Shown here: one piece after another, positions 1 to 8,713 of the stretch
Numbering within the stretch: position 1 is the first letter of the stretch
Layout of the letters: every line of letters begins with the position of its first letter
Assembly: GCA_041391205.1 (NCBI GenBank)
Contig: JAWKOK010000006.1
Location: 50,533 to 114,532, forward strand
Length of the DNA: 64,000 bases
Origin: Caldilineaceae bacterium
Lineage (GTDB): Bacteria > Chloroflexota > Anaerolineae > Caldilineales > Caldilineaceae
Reading direction: 5' to 3'
The notes under the pieces: model-generated
What the model saw: only the letters and a program-made list of their open reading frames with translations
Database searches by the model: none
What the model was told of the DNA's origin: nothing
Position numbers and translations under genes: made by a program

Positions 1-348
1 ATCGGCGTTGACGTGGTCAATGTCGGCCAACGGGCCGGGGACGAAGTCGTGCAGCTCTACACCCGCACCGACGGCGCCAGCGTCACCCGGCCGGTGCAGG
101 AGTTGCGGGGCTTCAAGCGCGTGCATCTCGAGGCCGGCGCCCGGATGCGGGTTACGTTCACCATGGCCGCCGAGCAACTGGCCTACTACGACGCAGCCAT
201 GCAGTTGGCGGTGGAGCCGGCGACCGTGCAGGTGATGGTCGGCAACTCGGCGCAGCACCTGCCGGCACGCGGCACCTTCACGTTGACGGGGCCGAAGCGG
301 CTGCTGCGTCAACGGTCGGCGTTCTTCTGTGACGTGGACGTAGCCTGA
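1..348 (+). CDS. Glycoside hydrolase family 3 (beta-glucosidase-like), C-terminal fragment; 5' end lies outside the window
   Basis: Frame is open from base 1 to TGA 346-348. The translation ...VVNVGQRAGDEVVQLYTR...ELRGFKRVHLEAG... fits the conserved GH3 C-terminal fibronectin-III-like domain pattern (NxGxxxGxEVVQLY, LxGFxKVxL). Confidence 0.7.
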   Translation: MGVDVVNVGQRAGDEVVQLYTRTDGASVTRPVQELRGFKRVHLEAGARMRVTFTMAAEQLAYYDAAMQLAVEPATVQVMVGNSAQHLPARGTFTLTGPKRLLRQRSAFFCDVDVA

Positions 349-364
349 CGCAGCCGGAGATTCC

Positions 365-467
365 CACGGTTGGAAACCGATGCTGACAGCGAAAAGTCGC
401 CTCAGCGACTACAGACCTAGTGCCTGAGGGCACTTCTCGCTGTCAGTTCGGGGTTTCCAACCCGTGT
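365..467. other. About 100-nt imperfect palindrome or structured element between the GH3 stop and the ZIP start
   Basis: Arms CACGG-TTGGAAACC...CTGACAGCGA (365-392) pair with TCGCTGTCAG...GGTTTCCAA-C-CCGTG (437-467). The interior can form two small hairpins, GTCGC-CTCA-GCGAC and GTGCC-TGAG-GGCAC. Confidence 0.4.
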
Positions 468-493
468 GTCACTGTGGAGCGAGCGAGGAATCC

Positions 494-1189
494 ATGCTCA
501 ACGCGTTCATCCTGGGCGCACTTGCCCAATCATCGCTGCTGCTCAGCGGCCTCGCGGTCTACTGGATCCGCGTGCCGACGCGGGTGGTGGGCTGGCTGGC
601 CGGTTTCGGCGCCGGCACGCTCATCAGCGCCGTGGCCTTCGACTTGATCGCACAGGACATCGCCGAAGGGATCGGCGCAGTGCAGGGCGCGTTGTGGTTG
701 CTCCTCGGCGCGGTCATCTTTGTGGGCGGCGACTATCTTGTCGACAAGCGCTTCGGGGGTGACGGCACCGGCGGCGCACTGGGCATCGTCCTCGGCGCGG
801 TGGTGGACGGCATCCCGGAATCGGTGATTTTCGGCATCCAGGTGGCGCTGGGCATGCCGTTGAGCGTGGCCTTCCTCTTTTCGGTCGCGGTCTCCAACAT
901 CCCGCAGGCACTCGCGCCCTCCGCGGACCTGGCCAAGGCCGGATGGAGCCGGACGAAGATGGCGGCCGTGTGGGGCAGCGTGGTGCTGGCGTGTGGTGTG
1001 GCCGCGGCCGTCGGCTACATGGTTGCCATCCGTATCGCCGACACCAACGGCATGGGCATGGCGGCCCTGGCTGCGGGCGGGCTCCTGGCCATGTTGACCA
1101 ACTCGTTGATCCCGTTTGCCTACGACCGCGGCGGCGCGGGTGCAGGCTTCGGCACAGTCGTGGGGTTCGCGATTTCGCTGATGTTGTGA
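494..1189 (+). CDS. ZIP-family divalent metal (zinc/iron) transporter
   Basis: ATG 494 is preceded by GAGGAA. The 232-aa polytopic membrane protein is Gly/Ala-rich, with GAVVDGIPESV and SNIPQAL segments typical of ZupT/ZIP permeases. The upstream extension in the ORF track is unlikely to be coding. Confidence 0.75.
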   Translation: MLNAFILGALAQSSLLLSGLAVYWIRVPTRVVGWLAGFGAGTLISAVAFDLIAQDIAEGIGAVQGALWLLLGAVIFVGGDYLVDKRFGGDGTGGALGIVLGAVVDGIPESVIFGIQVALGMPLSVAFLFSVAVSNIPQALAPSADLAKAGWSRTKMAAVWGSVVLACGVAAAVGYMVAIRIADTNGMGMAALAAGGLLAMLTNSLIPFAYDRGGAGAGFGTVVGFAISLML

Positions 1190-1250
1190 TGCCGTCCGCA
1201 CCCGTGCTTCGGCAGCAACGCAACCGTTCGATCCAGAGGACAGACAACCC

Positions 1251-1628
1251 ATGGCAGCCTTTCTCCTCACCCTCGGCGCAATGTACACGCTCGTCCGCGA
1301 GATGTGGCGGCTCTTCAATCAGCCCCACTACCGCGCGCTCTCCATCTGGTTCACCATCCTTTTGGCCATCGGCTCGACCTTCTACCACGTGGACGAGGGA
1401 TGGAGCTGGCTCGACTCGCTCTACTTCTGCGTGATCACCCTGGCCACTGTGGGCTACGGCGATCTGGCCCCCACGACGCCCGAGGCCAAAGTCTTTACGA
1501 TCATCTACATCTTCCTGGGCATCAGCATCTTCGTCACCATCGTCAGTCTGTTGGTCAAAGAGCGCCAACACATCTACTTGGAACGGACCAAGAAACCGGC
1601 CGATGATGCGGATTCAGCCCAGTCGTAA
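1251..1628 (+). CDS. Small two-TM potassium channel (Ion_trans_2 type)
   Basis: 125 aa with the canonical K+ selectivity filter TVGYGD between two hydrophobic helices. Confidence 0.8.
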   Translation: MAAFLLTLGAMYTLVREMWRLFNQPHYRALSIWFTILLAIGSTFYHVDEGWSWLDSLYFCVITLATVGYGDLAPTTPEAKVFTIIYIFLGISIFVTIVSLLVKERQHIYLERTKKPADDADSAQS

Positions 1629-1681
1629 GCCTCACCCATGCGCGACCGGATGCGGTCGTCGCCCAGCCGGGAGCACGTCCC

Positions 1682-2800
1682 ATGCCCATCATCGAACCCG
1701 AATTCATGGAGTTGACCAAAGACTTGGATCTGGCGGCTTTCTGGGACGAGAACGACCGCTGCCTGGAATTTACACCCGCCAAGCCGCGCTGCGCCATCTC
1801 GTTCGCGCCGGACGACCACTGGATCTTCGAGTTCATGCAGGTGCCGTCGACGGTGCGCTACTACATGGACAAGGCGTACCGGGACGACCTGCACCGCCAA
1901 GTCAACCAGGTGACGCAGCAGTACGTGGGCAAGACCTGGTTCGACGAGGACACCTTTCAACACAGCCCCAAACGCATCGAGAACCTCTTCGGCTGCGAGT
2001 TCTCCTACTACGAAGGCAGCACGCCCTGGCTCACCCCCACCACCGGGGACCCCGCCGAGTTTGCGCGCCTGTTGGACCAGGCCGAGGCGACCGACGTGGC
2101 GACGTGGAGCTTTCCGCCCGAGTTCTTGGAGGAATGGGAAGAACGCCGTGGCGCGGGCAAAGCGTTGCCCAAGCTGGGCACGGGCAGCCGCGGCCCGGCC
2201 ACCATCATGACATCGGTGCTCAAGCCGGAGACGGTCTTCTACTGGATGTACGACCATCCGGACCTCATGGCCCGCTTCCGTGACATCCTGGCGGCGAAGA
2301 TAGTGGAGTTCAACCGCATTCTGCGCACCTTCAGCGGCAACACCACGCCCGGCTGGTGGATCACCGACGACAACTCCGCCCTCTTCAACCGGGCGTTCTA
2401 CCGTGAATACTGCTTCCCGGTGTTGGACCGGGTGCTCGATGCGCTGGCGCCGGGTGACGCGCCGCGCTACCAGCACTCGGACAGTTCCATGGGCCACTTG
2501 CTGGACATGCAGTACGAACTGGGCATCCGCCGGGTCAACTACGGGCCGGAGGTGGATGCGGGGCGGATCCGTGCGGAGATGCCCGACGCGCTCATCGAAG
2601 GCCAGATGCCGCCCTTCCTCCTGCGCAACGGCAGCCCGGCGGCGATCGAGCAGCGCGTCATCGACGACTTTGGCAAAGCCGGCGCGGGCGGCGGTCTCCA
2701 GGTGGCCACGGCCGGTTCGCTGGCCGCGGGCACCGGCGTGGGACGTATGCGCTGGTTTATGCAGTTGGTCCAGACCCACTGCCGCTACGATTGCGACTAA
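1682..2800 (+). CDS. Uroporphyrinogen-decarboxylase-like (URO-D/MtaA superfamily) protein, function unknown
   Basis: Intact 372-aa ORF. The overall pattern resembles URO-D-family proteins, but no catalytic motif was verified. Confidence 0.4.
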   Translation: MPIIEPEFMELTKDLDLAAFWDENDRCLEFTPAKPRCAISFAPDDHWIFEFMQVPSTVRYYMDKAYRDDLHRQVNQVTQQYVGKTWFDEDTFQHSPKRIENLFGCEFSYYEGSTPWLTPTTGDPAEFARLLDQAEATDVATWSFPPEFLEEWEERRGAGKALPKLGTGSRGPATIMTSVLKPETVFYWMYDHPDLMARFRDILAAKIVEFNRILRTFSGNTTPGWWITDDNSALFNRAFYREYCFPVLDRVLDALAPGDAPRYQHSDSSMGHLLDMQYELGIRRVNYGPEVDAGRIRAEMPDALIEGQMPPFLLRNGSPAAIEQRVIDDFGKAGAGGGLQVATAGSLAAGTGVGRMRWFMQLVQTHCRYDCD

Positions 2801-2821
2801 ACACACAAGGAAGAGTTCCAG

Positions 2822-3637
2822 ATGTCCAACGACACGATCACGCTGCTCGTCCGGGCCGACGACATCGGCTTCTGTCACGCCGCCAACCTCGCCTGCATCG
2901 ACGTCTTCACCCACGGCATCTGCCGCTCGGTGGAGATCATGGCGCCCTGCCCGTGGTTCCCCGAGGCGGTCGCCCTGCTCCACGCCCACCCCACCTACGA
3001 CGTGGGCGTCCACCTGACCATGACCAGCGAATGGGACAACATGAAATGGGGCCCCATCACCGACGCCAAAAGCATTGTCGGGCCGGACGGCTACTTTCAC
3101 ACACGCTATCGCAAGCGGGACGGGTATCCGGATGAGGTTGTGTTGGAGGGCAGCCCGTGGACGCCGGACGAGGTGGAACAGGAGTACCGCGCCCAGATCG
3201 AGCTGGTGCGCAAGCACATCCCCTGGGTCAGTCACCTGACCAATCACATGGGCTATCTGCGCGACGACCCGGTGTTCAGCGCGATCGTGGAAGGGCTGGC
3301 CGCCGAATACGATCTGGCGGTCGACCCGCGGCCCACGGTTTTGAGCGGTTCCGCGGCTTCGGCGAAGACAATCAAGCGCTCACCCCGGCGGAGAAGGTGG
3401 CGACGTTGCGTCAAAACCTGGCGGAACTAGCGCCGGGCCGCTGGATCTTTGTCGACCATCCGGCCTACGACCATCCCGAAACCCCGCAATCCATCACCCC
3501 GGCTACGAGAACGTCGCGGCCGACCGCCAAGGCGTCGTCGATGCCTGGACCGACAGCCGCGTGCTGGAGATCATCGCCGACGCGGGATCCGGCTTGTGAG
3601 CTACGGTGACATCCGCGCGGGGCGCCTGCCCTCCTGA
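2822..3637 (+). CDS. YdjC/ChbG-family carbohydrate deacetylase (frame-disrupted in this sequence)
   Basis: N-terminus LLVRADDIGFCHAAN...VGVHLTMTSEW is typical of YdjC. The reading continues in other frames (...WIFVDHPAYDHPE..., then HPGYENVAADRQGVVDAW..., then GIRLVSYGDI), implying about 3 frame switches between 3340 and 3590. Confidence 0.65.
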
Positions 3638-3713
3638 TGCGTCAAACGGAGCTGAAAAAGAGTCGAGTGCGCACGCCCACGTGCGCACGTGTCCCCATGC
3701 CCGCCACGCCGGT

Positions 3714-5123
3714 TTATCCCGGCGGCTGCCAGTCCATGCCCGCGTCCAGCGGATAGACCGGACGCGCCAAATCGCGGTACGGCAACTGCGTGAGATCCGG
3801 GTTGATGGCGCCGGGGCTGAAGGCCAGGCACGCATAGGCGGCGATACGGCGCAGGTCGGGGAAGAGATAGCCCAGCTTGATGCCGACGATGGCGTGCTGT
3901 GTCAGGTCGAGGCCCAGCGCCTCAAACTGGGCGACGGTGGTGAAGGCCGTGCGCCGGCTGGTGACCACCACCTTGATGCCGTCCACCAGGATGACCGCTT
4001 GCCGATCCGCGCCTGCCGTGTGAAGCGCCAGCACGGTGCCTGTCACCGCCAGCGGCGTGCCGTTGACGGTGTCGAGCTTGCCGCCCAGTGACAGGTTGAC
4101 GGTCGCACCGATGCCGTGGTCAAAGGCGCTCGCCACGGCCGCCGCGTCCGCAATGGCGGCGAAGACCGCGTTCTCCAGACCGTGTGCCAGCATCCGGCCC
4201 AGCACGAACGGCACATCGCCCACGCCGCCGCCGGTGATGTTGTCGCCGCGTCGCTGAGAAAGGCCGGCGTCTCCCCGCGCGCAACCGCCGCCTGTACCAA
4301 CGCGATGCACTCCTCCACTGTGCCGGTGGGCATGCCGAAGTCAAAGGCCGCACGTTGCGCCCACCATGCTGCGGCCAACTCCGCACTGGCAGTCTTGGCC
4401 GCGGCCGCGTCCCACGCGACGGCCACGGCAGGCGCGGCCACCGCGGTTCATCCGCCCATGCGTACCCCACGAGCAACGACGCATCCAGGAGATCGTGACG
4501 GGCGATGGTCGCGGGCAGGTCCGCGTAGAGACTGTGCGCGGGCTCGGCCGTGGTCATGGCGCGTTCGCCGGGCAAGAGGATCGGGATTGGCACAAAGGCC
4601 GTGTGGGGACGCCGGCCCGCGCAAGCACGTGAGCAGCAGGTCAACGGCGCGCCCGTGTCTCCAGCATGTCTTCATGGGGCGCGGTCCGGTAGGCGGTCAG
4701 GAGATCGACTGCGCCGACGACACGCGGCGACACGTTGCCGTGCAGGTCATAACTCGTCGCCAGCAGACAGCCGGGACCGACCACCGCGCGCACGGCCGCC
4801 ATCCAATCGCCTTCCGCGTCCTGCATCCCCTCCACGAACATCGCGCCATGCATGTCCAGGTAGACGCCGTCCCACGGGCCACCGGCCTGTAGCCCCTGCA
4901 GAAATTCCGCCTTAAGACGAGCGTACGCGTCGGCCGCCACCGGTCCGCCGGGCGTGGCCTGGGCAAAGAAGAGCGGCGAAAACGTCGCGTCGGGATGATG
5001 GTCGAGAAACGGATAGCGGGAGTGCAAGGCGTCACCGCGCAGGATCTCGAAGTCATCCAGTGCGGTGAGCACCGGGGAAAATGTGCAGCACTCGACGGCA
5101 ATTCCACCCATGGCAATGTTCAT
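3714..5123 (-). CDS. M81-family metallopeptidase (MlrC / microcystinase C-like), frame-disrupted
   Basis: Start 5123 follows GAGGAGG. N-terminus MNIAMGGIAVECCTFSP is the DUF1485/MlrC signature, and the C-terminal part (GDNITGGGVGD...KLGYLFPDL) is the MlrC_C pattern. Frame switches occur near 4640, 4440 and 4260. Confidence 0.7.
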
Positions 5124-5399
5124 CGGTCGCCTCCTCATGTGGCTGATCTCGGCGCGCAGGGACGTCCCCGTGACGTTGCGCACCCGCGTCATGGTACGCC
5201 GACAGCGCGGCAATGGCAAGGCCCGGTCAACGGCATTGGTGCATCTGAAAATGACGAAATGTTCCTCCGGCCCGTTCTATGGCAAAATGATGTCGCCCGC
5301 AAATGCGGCACATCCCACACCGAGTTTGTTGCAGCACCGAGTTTGTTGAGCGACCAAGATACCCGAGTCACAGAGTCATTTCAACCAAGGAGGAATCAC

Positions 5400-5819
5400 A
5401 TGGCAGTTCGGAGTTCACAAGCTGAGTGGCAAGGCAACCTGCGCGCCGGCAACGGCACCATGAAGCTGGGCAGCGGCATGTTTGAAGGGCCGTTTACCTT
5501 TGCCTCCCGCTTTGAGAGCGGCAAAGGCACCAATCCGGAGGAACTGATCGGTGCGGCCCATGCGGGCTGCTTCTCCATGTTTCTCGCGGCACTTCTAAGT
5601 GGCGACGGCTACGTGCCCAACAGCGTGAAGACCACGGCGACGGTGCACCTGGGCGACGGCCCGACCATCACCAAGATCGAACTGGACTGCGTGGCCGACG
5701 TGCCCGACATCGACGCCGAGACCTTCGCCGACTACGCCGTGCGGGCCAAGGAAGGCTGCCCGGTCTCCAAGGCGCTGGCTGCCGTGCCGGAAATCGTCTT
5801 GGACGCCAGTCTGGCCTAG
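5400..5819 (+). CDS. osmC: OsmC-family peroxiredoxin
   Basis: AGGAGG lies 6 nt upstream of ATG 5400. The 139-aa protein has WQGNL...GTNPEELIGAAHAGCFSM...GCPVSKAL, carrying the two conserved OsmC cysteines. Confidence 0.85.
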   Translation: MAVRSSQAEWQGNLRAGNGTMKLGSGMFEGPFTFASRFESGKGTNPEELIGAAHAGCFSMFLAALLSGDGYVPNSVKTTATVHLGDGPTITKIELDCVADVPDIDAETFADYAVRAKEGCPVSKALAAVPEIVLDASLA

Positions 5820-5858
5820 ACGTTCCCTCGCCCGTCACCTCATCTGCTTCGTCATACC

Positions 5859-5890
5859 TGCCGCACTGCCCGGTCTTGGGCAGTGCGGCA
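5859..5890 (+). terminator. Stem-loop downstream of osmC (13-bp perfect stem, 6-nt loop)
   Basis: TGCCGCACTGCCC-GGTCTT-GGGCAGTGCGGCA begins 40 nt after the osmC stop. There is no U-tract, which is common in high-GC genomes. Confidence 0.5.
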
Positions 5891-6075
5891 CGCGTGTGGC
5901 AGCGACCACTCCGGCCCCATCTCACCCATGCCAATCCCGGCGCCCGTTTCGCCTCAAACCGCGGCTGGACACGATCTGGACACGGAAGATGTCTATACTG
6001 CCGTCATGTTCGTTGGTTCAGCCGCGCAATGATGAACGGCAGAATAATGTTATATTCGTGTTGCATTTCACAATA

Positions 6076-6103
6076 TTGACATTGCCCTCCCGTGTGATAG
6101 GAT
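6076..6103 (+). promoter_or_regulatory. Sigma70-like promoter inside the low-GC IS remnant
   Basis: TTGACA (6076-6081), 16-bp spacer, TAGGAT (6098-6103), oriented toward the transposase fragment. Confidence 0.3.
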
Positions 6104-6218
6104 GGGTTCGGCTTTACTTACACCCTCACTCGTCCAATTCTGTGTTCCTGTCTTAACGAACTTGCAAACCAAAAGTCAATCAGTCTGACATGGCAACGCC
6201 TGCGGGCCTGGCTCAGTA

Positions 6219-6880
6219 CGGCGTAAGTGCCACCGCGCAAATTCGGCATTCCACCACTGGTCGAATCTGTTGATTCATTTCCGCTGGGATATGCGAGTTT
6301 ACTGTGCTTGTGGAGACCTACGTGCGGTGAATTTGCTCTGCAAAGGGGGTTTGGCGTGATGCATGAGCGGCAGAGACAGGAGTTTCTTGGGGCTGCGGCG
6401 GAGATGTTCGACCGGCTCCATGTATGGCGTGCACAGCATCCGGAGGCCAGCTTCGACGAGATCGCGGCCGAGGTGACGCCGCAGCGTAGACAGCTGATGG
6501 GCCTGCTGTTGTGCTGTTTGGCCACCCAACACGGCGACGGCCGCTATGCGACGCTGGCCTGTCCCACTTGCCACATGCCCATGAAATCCAGCGGGCTGCG
6601 CAAGCGTCAAGTGGTGCATCCGGAAGGGGACGTGCTCCTCAAACGTTCGTACCATTACTGCCCCTTCTGCGCCAGCGGGCTCTTCAGCTTGGATCAGCAG
6701 CTCAAAATCACCAGTCTGCGCATGACGCCGGCGACGATTGACGCGGCGTTGACCGTGCGCGACCTGATCGACTCCTACCGGCTCGCGGCCGAGCAGTTCA
6801 CGGCCCTGACCCACGTCTACGTCTCCAAGAGCAGTCTGCAACGCATCGCCAATTCCCTGGACGGCGAGTCCGTCGCCTGA
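6219..6880 (+). mobile_element. IS remnant: terminal-region repeat plus a 3'-truncated ISKra4-like transposase gene (N-terminal roughly 174 aa, from ATG 6359)
   Basis: GC content drops locally from about 5985. The translation contains CPTCHMPMKSSG...YHYCPFCASGLFSLDQQLKI, the zinc-ribbon plus G-x-F-P/S-LD block I associate with ISKra4-family transposase N-termini. The ORF stops after about 174 aa, directly abutting the next gene. Confidence 0.45.
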
Positions 6881-6889
6881 AGTCGCCGG

Positions 6890-7651
6890 TCACGGCGCCG
6901 GGTCAAATCGATAGCCGAAGCGCTGAATGTCCCGGGCATAGACGGCCTGTACGATGGCGGCCGTGTGATCACTGTAGGCGGTGCGATAGTCCCGGCGGGC
7001 GCGGTGCGACCTGTTGACATGCTCCAGCGTGGCCGTGCGCTGCAACCGGCGCGCCACGACGTCGAAGTCATCCTGCAGCGTCTCATAGCGGCCGACGAAG
7101 TCGACCAGGAGCGCGCCCGTGGCATCGCACACGAACTCGACCTGCGGCCGGAAATGGACCCATGTCCGCACCCGCGCCGGCGTTACCCAGCGGCGTACGA
7201 AGTCATCGAAATCGGCGAAGTGGGCCAGGTTGTCGGCGTAAAATTGCTGGTCCCAGTGGTCAAAGCCGCCGCGACACAGGAACCGGTACGCAGACAGAAG
7301 CCGGTCCCAGGGGTTGCGCACAAAGGCGAACTTGAAGTAGGCGGCGAATTCCGCCTCATCGAAGACCAGGCGATATTTCCAGATTTCGGTGTGGCCGCCG
7401 CCGCGGTTGCCGAACAAACTGGCTGCGACCGACTGGGACGCGCACTTGGGGATGCGCACGAAGATACACGCGTTGGCGTCGTAGCCGCGCAGCGATTTGC
7501 CGTGATGGGTTGTGCGCCGGCGCAGCGCACGCAGGTTGCCCACGAACTCCGGCCGGTAGCGGGTGACATAGCGGCGCGCCATGGCGGGCGGCATGGCGTA
7601 GAGCATGGCTTCCAACGTCCGTTCGCGCGGTTCGCTGCAAGCAACGATCAT
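6890..7651 (-). CDS. Sulfotransferase, family 2 (carbohydrate-sulfotransferase type)
   Basis: Intact 253-aa ORF with FVRIPKCASQS (5'-PSB loop) and FAFVRNPWDRLLSAY (3'-PB), both diagnostic of Sulfotransfer_2. Its ATG overlaps the upstream gene's stop (ATGA). Confidence 0.75.
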   Translation of the reverse strand: MIVACSEPRERTLEAMLYAMPPAMARRYVTRYRPEFVGNLRALRRRTTHHGKSLRGYDANACIFVRIPKCASQSVAASLFGNRGGGHTEIWKYRLVFDEAEFAAYFKFAFVRNPWDRLLSAYRFLCRGGFDHWDQQFYADNLAHFADFDDFVRRWVTPARVRTWVHFRPQVEFVCDATGALLVDFVGRYETLQDDFDVVARRLQRTATLEHVNRSHRARRDYRTAYSDHTAAIVQAVYARDIQRFGYRFDPAP

Positions 7652-8490
7652 GACGGCGACTCCTGGGCATAGCCGAAGTAGCGCAGGGCGTCGCCCGCAA
7701 CCCGGTCGATCTCCGCAGTTTCGTAGGGCAGCAGCCGCGCCGCCTGGATGGCATTGACGTCCGTGGCCAGCGCCTGCGTCACCGTGGTGCGGTCGAACCA
7801 GTACTTGCGGTGCTCGTCGCCGAACTGGGTGGCGTGCTCGCCCCCGGCGCCGATGACTTTCTTGGACTTGATGCGCACCTTGTCCAGCCGGGCGGGCTGC
7901 ACATCCAGGAAGTCAAACAGGCGCGCGGCCGCGGCAAACGGATCGGCCAGCACGTCCTCAAAGCGGATCAGCGTGAAGTGGCGGGCCGTGTGCGCCAGCT
8001 GCTCCATGGCCGTGCCGATGCGCTGGTACGTTCTGGCGACTTCCACTGCGCGCCGGCCGCGCCGGAGATAGCCGTCACAGAGGGCGTGGGCGTCGCGGGC
8101 CAGGGCGACAATGTAGAGGTCGGGATACGCTTGTTGCAGGATCGGGGTGAGGAAGATGTCGTCGTTGACCGACTTGAGGCAGAGCGCCGCGGCGGCCACT
8201 TCATCCGGCGTGTACAACAGCCCTGGGGCACGAAACTTGTCGTCGGGGTGCGTCAATGTGCGCAGCTTGAAGCCACAGAGTTCGCGGTCGATCGCCTGCC
8301 GTGTTTCGTCAAGGGCCAGCAGGTCGGGTCGGTAGCGACAGGTGCGCAGAATCTCGGATTGCTGAAACAGTTCGCCTGTTTCATAGCCCGCGGAGCAGAT
8401 GTCCGGATGCGACGTGATCAGATTCCACACGAGGCTGGTGCCGCCATGCTCGAAACCGCACAAAAGGATCACTTTGGCGTTGCAGACCAC
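7648..8490 (-). CDS. Sulfotransferase (P-loop-like PAPS-binding type)
   Basis: GTG 8490 lies 8 nt after AAGGAGG. N-terminus KVILLCGFEHGGTSLVW is the PAPS 5'-phosphosulfate loop, and ALARDAHALCDGYLRR is the 3'-phosphate motif. The longer ORF-track start at 8625 lacks an RBS. Confidence 0.7.
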   Translation of the reverse strand: MVCNAKVILLCGFEHGGTSLVWNLITSHPDICSAGYETGELFQQSEILRTCRYRPDLLALDETRQAIDRELCGFKLRTLTHPDDKFRAPGLLYTPDEVAAAALCLKSVNDDIFLTPILQQAYPDLYIVALARDAHALCDGYLRRGRRAVEVARTYQRIGTAMEQLAHTARHFTLIRFEDVLADPFAAAARLFDFLDVQPARLDKVRIKSKKVIGAGGEHATQFGDEHRKYWFDRTTVTQALATDVNAIQAARLLPYETAEIDRVAGDALRYFGYAQESPS

Positions 8491-8605
8491 GGCAAATTCC
8501 TCCTTCAAACGACCGCGTCGCGACGTGCACGCAGTGGCACCAAGTCTACGTGCAACCCGGTGATTTGTCCACCGGTGTGCACGGTCTTGCCCAGGTTCGG
8601 AGCAG

Positions 8606-8668
8606 ACTTCCCGGAAGCCCTCCAAACCGCTCTATATCCGGCAGATCGTGTGAGGGCTTCCGGGAAGT
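8606..8668. promoter_or_regulatory. 17-bp perfect inverted repeat in the divergent promoter region of the cluster
   Basis: ACTTCCCGGAAGCCCTC (8606-8622) and GAGGGCTTCCGGGAAGT (8652-8668) are separated by 29 bp. A flanking direct repeat TCCGG(G)CAGATCGT is also present. Confidence 0.35.
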
Positions 8669-8713
8669 CCGGGCAGATCGTTTCTCGCACGATTGTCCCA
8701 CCGGAAAGGGGGG

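Noticed and set aside
6227-6358. N-terminal 44-codon extension of the transposase-fragment ORF given in the ORF track.
   Set aside because: This stretch coincides with the repeated 72-nt IS-end-like element. A homologous-looking start (MHERQRQEF...) lies at ATG 6359.
8491-8625. Upstream 45-codon extension of the sulfotransferase ORF (start 8625 in the ORF track).
   Set aside because: The GTG at 8490 has a perfect AAGGAGG 8 nt upstream and begins exactly at the conserved PAPS-loop region. The extension is Arg-rich and overlaps the inverted-repeat control region.
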